Positions 59,214 to 64,000 of a stretch of 64,000 nt of DNA are shown in pieces; within the stretch, counting starts at the first letter, position 1; each line of letters begins with the position of its first letter. The translations under genes were made by a program, and so were the position numbers. The notes beneath the pieces are model-generated. The model saw only the letters and a program-made list of their open reading frames with translations. It did no database searches and was not told where the DNA came from. This DNA comes from Thermodesulfobacteriota bacterium (GTDB taxonomy: Bacteria > Desulfobacterota_D > UBA1144 > Nemesobacterales > UBA2774), in assembly GCA_965223335.1 (NCBI GenBank), contig OZ244991.1, positions 2,048,001 through 2,112,000 of the forward strand, in the 5' to 3' direction.

Positions 59214-59917
59214 TTGACGCTCTCCCTTTTCGTTTGTTTTGAAGCGTTTGGCATTTCTACCCAGTGCTCTACCAGGTCGCCGCCTGCGGGCTCTCCTATA
59301 TCATAGCCTACAAGGGACTCGTAACCACCAAGATTGTAGTCACGTATTGTAAGTGTACATTTCGTTTTACCTTTGTCTGGGAAACAAGAGAACAGTATCA
59401 TTGAGCCTGCGAGTTCTAACTTATCGTCCTCGCGCAGCAAAGTTGGTGTGAGTCCGAAGTTCTGGATGTCGAACCCGCCTTTTTTGTTTGCCCCTACCCT
59501 AAACATCCCGACGAATTCAGGCTCGTCGGCCTCAAGCGGTGTGCCGCTGTACTGATCCACTAGGGTGTGCTTTACCTCTTCATAAATTAGCGCCGCACCG
59601 CCGATGTCGTGGATCCTGTCTATTATTTTGATGGTTATCTTTCTATCTATATCGCCGTCTACGATATAAGATACTACGTTATATGTGAATATCTCGAAGT
59701 CACCGTGCCCTACGTCTATGGCCGAGCCGAAATGCTTTTCTTTCTTTATGATTTGCTCGCCCTCTGTAGACTCGGTAACGAGTGTTTTGCCTGCCAACAG
59801 GGATGTATAGAGTTTTTTGAACTCTACTACATCAAGGCTTGGGCTTTCGGAATGAGCAGTATTGCCGAGTGTGGCAACAAGCACAAAAACGATGATAAGG
59901 ATGCTTGATTTCTTCAT
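59210..59917 (-). CDS. Secreted hypothetical protein
   Basis: Signal peptide ending AHS; beta-rich; stop overlaps the next start (ATTGA). Confidence 0.7.
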   Translation of the reverse strand: MKKSSILIIVFVLVATLGNTAHSESPSLDVVEFKKLYTSLLAGKTLVTESTEGEQIIKKEKHFGSAIDVGHGDFEIFTYNVVSYIVDGDIDRKITIKIIDRIHDIGGAALIYEEVKHTLVDQYSGTPLEADEPEFVGMFRVGANKKGGFDIQNFGLTPTLLREDDKLELAGSMILFSCFPDKGKTKCTLTIRDYNLGGYESLVGYDIGEPAGGDLVEHWVEMPNASKQTKRESVN

Positions 59918-60054
59918 TTCACTCCCCCCCCCAACTCCATAGTTTGATAGTTTATTTTAACTATTAGGGGTTGCAAAATCAAACCGGAAATTAACCCCAA
60001 AACTGTAAGGATAGTATCGGTTTGTAGTAGTTTTCTATAATCTTATAATTCATA

Positions 60055-60891
60055 TTAGCGGAGAGACTTTAGCTTCTTTAGGTTCTTTATATCGTCTTTA
60101 GCCCCTTCTAAGGGTGTCTCTGCAATGAGGTCCACGTTCCGAAGAGACTTGTGATTGACAACGGCTCTAAAACCCTTGGTGCCGATCTTGCCTTGACCGA
60201 TGTGCTCGTGGCGGTCTTTGCGCTCGCCTAGACCCACCTTGGAGTCGTTGCCGTGGATAAGCATGAGTTTTCTAATGCCTATTTTCTTTTTAAACTCGTT
60301 TAGTGATTTGTCGAGAGCGGCTTCGGTACGGATATCGTAGCCCGCAGCAAACATGTGAGCTGTGTCTAAACAGATCCCGAGCTCCTTTAGATCGGCTTTC
60401 TTAAGAATTTGTGCGAGTTCATCAAAACTGCTGCCGATACTGTTACCCTGTCCTGCTGCGTTTTCCAATAACAGTACTGTCTCTATGCTAAGCCCCTTTG
60501 TGGCCTCTCTAATGCCCTCAGCGACCATCTCAACTGCGGTGGTGTCATCATTGAGATCCTTTTTGCTGCCCAGATGGGTCATGACATAGCGGACACCGAG
60601 TGTGTTTGCACGCACTAAGTCTTCTCTGATAATCGCAATTGTAGCTTTGCGAATCTTTTTGTCTGTAGAGGCAAAGTTTATATAGTAGGGCGTGTGAACG
60701 TAGTAGTGTTTAAAATTGTATTTATCACACTCCTCAAGGAACTCGGACACGGTGTGTTTGTCGAGCTTGGGAGGCGGGCCTCCCCTGGGGGATCGTGTGA
60801 ATAACTGGAAGCATTCGCAACCCAGTTCATGGGCGCGTGCCGGGGCCTTGGGAATACCTCCTGCGATAGATACATGAACGCCGAATTTCAT
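60055..60891 (-). CDS. nfo: Endonuclease IV
   Basis: G.HVSIAGG, H.PY.IN, LLENAAGQG, CLDTAH, H.NDSK and DRHEHIG.G.IG motifs. Confidence 0.96.
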   Translation of the reverse strand: MKFGVHVSIAGGIPKAPARAHELGCECFQLFTRSPRGGPPPKLDKHTVSEFLEECDKYNFKHYYVHTPYYINFASTDKKIRKATIAIIREDLVRANTLGVRYVMTHLGSKKDLNDDTTAVEMVAEGIREATKGLSIETVLLLENAAGQGNSIGSSFDELAQILKKADLKELGICLDTAHMFAAGYDIRTEAALDKSLNEFKKKIGIRKLMLIHGNDSKVGLGERKDRHEHIGQGKIGTKGFRAVVNHKSLRNVDLIAETPLEGAKDDIKNLKKLKSLR

Positions 60892-60935
60892 ATGGGACCT
60901 GTCGTATTTAGTATCATGTGAACTGTGATGGTTAT

Positions 60936-61334
60936 TTATCGGCCTAAGAAGGTCTTAACCGAGAATTTACCGGGGCCTGCAATGAGGATAGTAATAAATA
61001 TGATCATATATATCACTGCTTTTTCCCAATTAGCAAACGGGTCGGCTTTTAACATGAGGTGGAACACAAAAGCCGCTACAAACATGTTGCCTGCTGCTAC
61101 GAGTGCTGAGATCCGTGTTAAAAAGCCCAGTACAATTAAGAGCGGGAATAATGTCTCGGCTGCTATGGACGCGTAGGCCATTGCAAACGGCATGGGGAAT
61201 CCATTGGATGCTATATGCTCGATGAAGGGGTCGGGGTTCATGAGCTTGGGCAGGCCGTGGGCAAGTATCATTATGAGCGAGGTAGAGACCCGTAAAAACA
61301 GTAAGCCTAGATCAGTGTAGAGGTTCATGTGCAC
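60936..61334 (-). CDS. DoxX-family membrane protein
   Basis: LLFLRV, HG.PKL, LG.LTR.SA and GPG.FS motifs. Confidence 0.9.
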   Translation of the reverse strand: MHMNLYTDLGLLFLRVSTSLIMILAHGLPKLMNPDPFIEHIASNGFPMPFAMAYASIAAETLFPLLIVLGFLTRISALVAAGNMFVAAFVFHLMLKADPFANWEKAVIYMIIFITILIAGPGKFSVKTFLGR

Positions 61335-61427
61335 GGCTCCGCAGTAAGGTCATGTATTTGCAGCTCTCTGGATTATAACAACTTAAGTAATTAGATTGCA
61401 AGTGACCTATTTTTGCCCACTCAGTCG

Positions 61428-62267
61428 TTAGTTGTCGGCATGTAGATCGAGTGTGTGCTCAAGGCCTGTTCTCTTGCCGTATTTGTTTGTAAAAACTATA
61501 AGTACAGGGAGCTTTTCCAAAGGGCTTTGCTCGGGCGGAGTCCGAGTTAACTCAAAATGTATAGTCTGTTCATTACTGCTTGAATCACTTGAATAAGAGA
61601 TGTTTTTTACCCTCGCACCTTCTACGGGCATCGGGATTAGCTCGATGTTCCCGGGTGTTTCTTCCCAAACCAGTTTTAATGTACATAGGGTTTGATTTGC
61701 GGAGGTCTCCTTTGAGCTTAATGAAGATTCAAACGGTATGTCCGAGCCGTCGATTACGATCGGGAGTGTTGAGTCCCATTCCGCAAATATTTTCTCATTG
61801 GATTTTGTCGGTTCTCTGAGTGTGAGTAGGAGTGTGGCAGAGTCGGGGATGCAGATCCCTCGGCAGCTAACCCAGTTTACCTCGGCTTCTATTGTTACGG
61901 GTAGCTCAAATGATGCATCGGGGGGCACTTTGACATCTGTCCATAGGAGCACACTATCTTTATAACCGTAATCCAAGTAAGCACCACGATTGCTAAAGAT
62001 CTCGGGCACAGGCCAATGTGTATCGCCTGTACTAAGCGGCGGGGGTGTGTGGAAATCCACCTTGGTAGGCAGACCCGAGGTGCCCGGGTTTTTCCAGAAT
62101 ATATACCAGCCCCGCTCGATATTGAATAAGACACCGACTCTAAACGACTCGCCCGGTTTTGGCTCTGAAGTATCTGCGAGTAGTTCTACAGAGACAGGCT
62201 CGGGTATGTCATCGGTGGCCTGGGGCAGCCCCGTCATAAGTGCGAGTGCTAGCAATAATAACATCAT
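61428..62267 (-). CDS. Secreted stand-alone DsbD N-terminal-like domain protein
   Basis: Signal peptide; GWYIFWKNPG.SGLPT, WP.P and W.SCRGICIP motifs; no transmembrane or thioredoxin domain. Confidence 0.82.
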   Translation of the reverse strand: MMLLLLALALMTGLPQATDDIPEPVSVELLADTSEPKPGESFRVGVLFNIERGWYIFWKNPGTSGLPTKVDFHTPPPLSTGDTHWPVPEIFSNRGAYLDYGYKDSVLLWTDVKVPPDASFELPVTIEAEVNWVSCRGICIPDSATLLLTLREPTKSNEKIFAEWDSTLPIVIDGSDIPFESSLSSKETSANQTLCTLKLVWEETPGNIELIPMPVEGARVKNISYSSDSSSNEQTIHFELTRTPPEQSPLEKLPVLIVFTNKYGKRTGLEHTLDLHADN

Positions 62268-62293
62268 GGATCAAGTATACCGCTCGGCGCTCT

Positions 62294-62773
62294 TTAGGGA
62301 TACCAGTTCTCGGGGGGTACCCTTATGGCCAGCACCTCGGCACCAACGCATTGAGTCTCGCCTGAAAAGAGCGTACATGCCACGACTGATTTTTTACCCT
62401 CTCTCTTTGTCACCTTGGCCCTGAGCTCGACCTCGCAGTCAATCGGTGTGGGTTTATGATAATTCACATTCAGATACCCCGTAACGAACCATATTAAGGG
62501 TTCTGAGTTTAGCTCCCTGCCCTCTTGCACATACGCGTCTGCAATGGCCGTGCCTATGCTGTGGCAGTCGATCACAGTTGCAATGACCCCGCCGTTTAGG
62601 ATGTCTTTTGGGCCCGCCATATGCTCTTTGCATGGGGTCCACCGGCATATAGCTATATTACTGTCTGCTTCAGACCAATAACTTTTGATATTGAGACCGT
62701 TTGGGTTGTGGGCACCACAGCCCCAGCACAGGTTATGATCCCAGTGGTCTTGGAACGGGATTTTATTACTCAC
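62294..62773 (-). CDS. PaaI-family hotdog thioesterase
   Basis: CWGCG..NP.GL, NGGVIAT.IDCH and VT..L.V.Y.KPTP motifs. Confidence 0.9.
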   Translation of the reverse strand: MSNKIPFQDHWDHNLCWGCGAHNPNGLNIKSYWSEADSNIAICRWTPCKEHMAGPKDILNGGVIATVIDCHSIGTAIADAYVQEGRELNSEPLIWFVTGYLNVNYHKPTPIDCEVELRAKVTKREGKKSVVACTLFSGETQCVGAEVLAIRVPPENWYP

Positions 62774-62805
62774 TGCTATGCCTCCACGAGCTTAATCTTA
62801 TAGTG

Positions 62806-63696
62806 TTATGATGAGAACCTGAACTTCTTCCAATACCTGGCCATGCCCCATACGTTCATCCAGAAGAAATCCGCATACTCGTAGGACTTAATATTGATCT
62901 CGTCGGCTCCGCCCTGGCTTAGGTGCTCGACTATGTACCGCTCGTACTCGGGCACAATGTCGTCCTCTGTCTTGCCGTCTTTAAGACGGTTGCCTATCCA
63001 GTCGGTGAACTCGAGCAGGTCGTCTTCAAGTCTATCAAGGTGCTCGTTTACGTCTTTGCAGTCCCCGAAATGAGCCAGATAAAGCACATCGGGACCTGCA
63101 CTGCGTATTTTAGCTATGGAGTCTTGCCAGGCCTCTAGGTTTATGTCGGGCGGGGGTGTGGGTACGAGTATGGGGCCTCCGTCGATCCTTACCCCAGCTA
63201 CATCGCCTGCGAACACAGCGTTGTCTACCAGATAGGCGTTGTGGTGGGACGCGTGACCGGGGGTCTCGAGCACGGTTATTTCAAGCCCGCCTATATCGAT
63301 GATCTCGCGGTCTCGTGCGATCTGCACGTAGATCTCATTTACCGGTTCAATTTGTCCCCAAAGCTCCTCCATCTTGTCTTTGAATATCATCTCGGCAGAG
63401 GCAACAAGTTTCGCGGGGTCTATAAGATGTTTTGCGCCCCGCTCATGCACATAGACCCGCGCGCCTTTATTGGCAAACTGCCAAGCCCCACCGGAGTGGT
63501 CGAGGTGTATATGGGTAAGCAGGATGTGTTTTACGTCCTCGGGCTCATGGCCCAGGTCTTTTATCCCCGCTACAAGGTTCTCGTACACGGTGCTTGGGCC
63601 TGTGTCCACGAGTATAAGCCCGTCGGGGGACTCGATTAGATAAGATGCGATGACTTTGGGTTGGAAAAAATTAAGGTCAATGCAATGGACTTTCAT
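62806..63696 (-). CDS. Metallo-beta-lactamase-fold hydrolase
   Basis: THIHLDHSGG, TPGHASHH, F.GD and HFG motifs. Confidence 0.92.
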   Translation of the reverse strand: MKVHCIDLNFFQPKVIASYLIESPDGLILVDTGPSTVYENLVAGIKDLGHEPEDVKHILLTHIHLDHSGGAWQFANKGARVYVHERGAKHLIDPAKLVASAEMIFKDKMEELWGQIEPVNEIYVQIARDREIIDIGGLEITVLETPGHASHHNAYLVDNAVFAGDVAGVRIDGGPILVPTPPPDINLEAWQDSIAKIRSAGPDVLYLAHFGDCKDVNEHLDRLEDDLLEFTDWIGNRLKDGKTEDDIVPEYERYIVEHLSQGGADEINIKSYEYADFFWMNVWGMARYWKKFRFSS

Positions 63697-63760
63697 TGGG
63701 GCTCCTCGTGCTCTATAAAATTATTTCTAGCCTAACCGAATATCCTCCAGCGAACAATGT

Positions 63761-64000
63761 TTATGATGCGCTTAGTTTGGTGGAGGCCTTTCCGTCGTTG
63801 ATATGAAATATTTTCATCTCGCCGTCATAGAGGATTTCGTCGGTATGGGTTGCTGTGACAAATATCTGGCCCGTAAAATCGCGCAAGAGGTCGAATAAGA
63901 ATTTTTTTCTCTTCATATCGAGCTCGCTGGATACATCGTCGAGTAGCAAAATGGGGGTTTTGCCGGTCACCTGTTTTGTGATCTCTATCTCGGCTGTTCT
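63761..64000 (-). CDS. recF: 3' end of DNA replication/repair protein RecF (truncated by the window edge)
   Basis: Frame is open to 64000: RTAEIE....TGKTPILLLDDVSSELD..R...L......Q.FVT, the RecF Walker B signature. Confidence 0.88.
   Translation of the reverse strand, partial: RTAEIEITKQVTGKTPILLLDDVSSELDMKRKKFLFDLLRDFTGQIFVTATHTDEILYDGEMKIFHINDGKASTKLSAS

Overview
A gene-dense bacterial chromosome segment from a diderm, deltaproteobacteria-like organism (lineage is inferred only). It holds about 65 CDS and one tRNA-Leu(GAG). Most genes are housekeeping: rpe, metK-ahcY-xerD-site-2 protease-scpA-scpB, der, ilvE, sppA, pepA, apgM, polX-ligA, rlmB, nfo and the 3' end of recF, plus cell-wall enzymes and a tripartite RND pump. 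I see no CRISPR array, transposase, prophage or rRNA. The most interesting parts are: (i) a DnaD-like plus zinc-finger DnaI/DnaC-like ATPase pair, a candidate helicase-loading module; (ii) an AT-rich, apparently decaying islet at 18.3-21.8 kb, bracketed by two ArsR paralogues with matching promoter/operator layout and containing an in-frame fetA'-'fetB deletion chimera; (iii) a 9-mer (TAAATGTAT) that recurs at several promoters, including that of the sulfite/nitrite reductase; (iv) a 54-aa secreted-peptide gene missing from the ORF track, divergent from a sigma54-promoted orphan gene; and (v) unusual domain architectures: ABC substrate-binding domain fused to TolC, J-domain fused to two USP domains, and a five-repeat cyanovirin-like protein. 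All calls come from motif recognition by eye; no searches were run.
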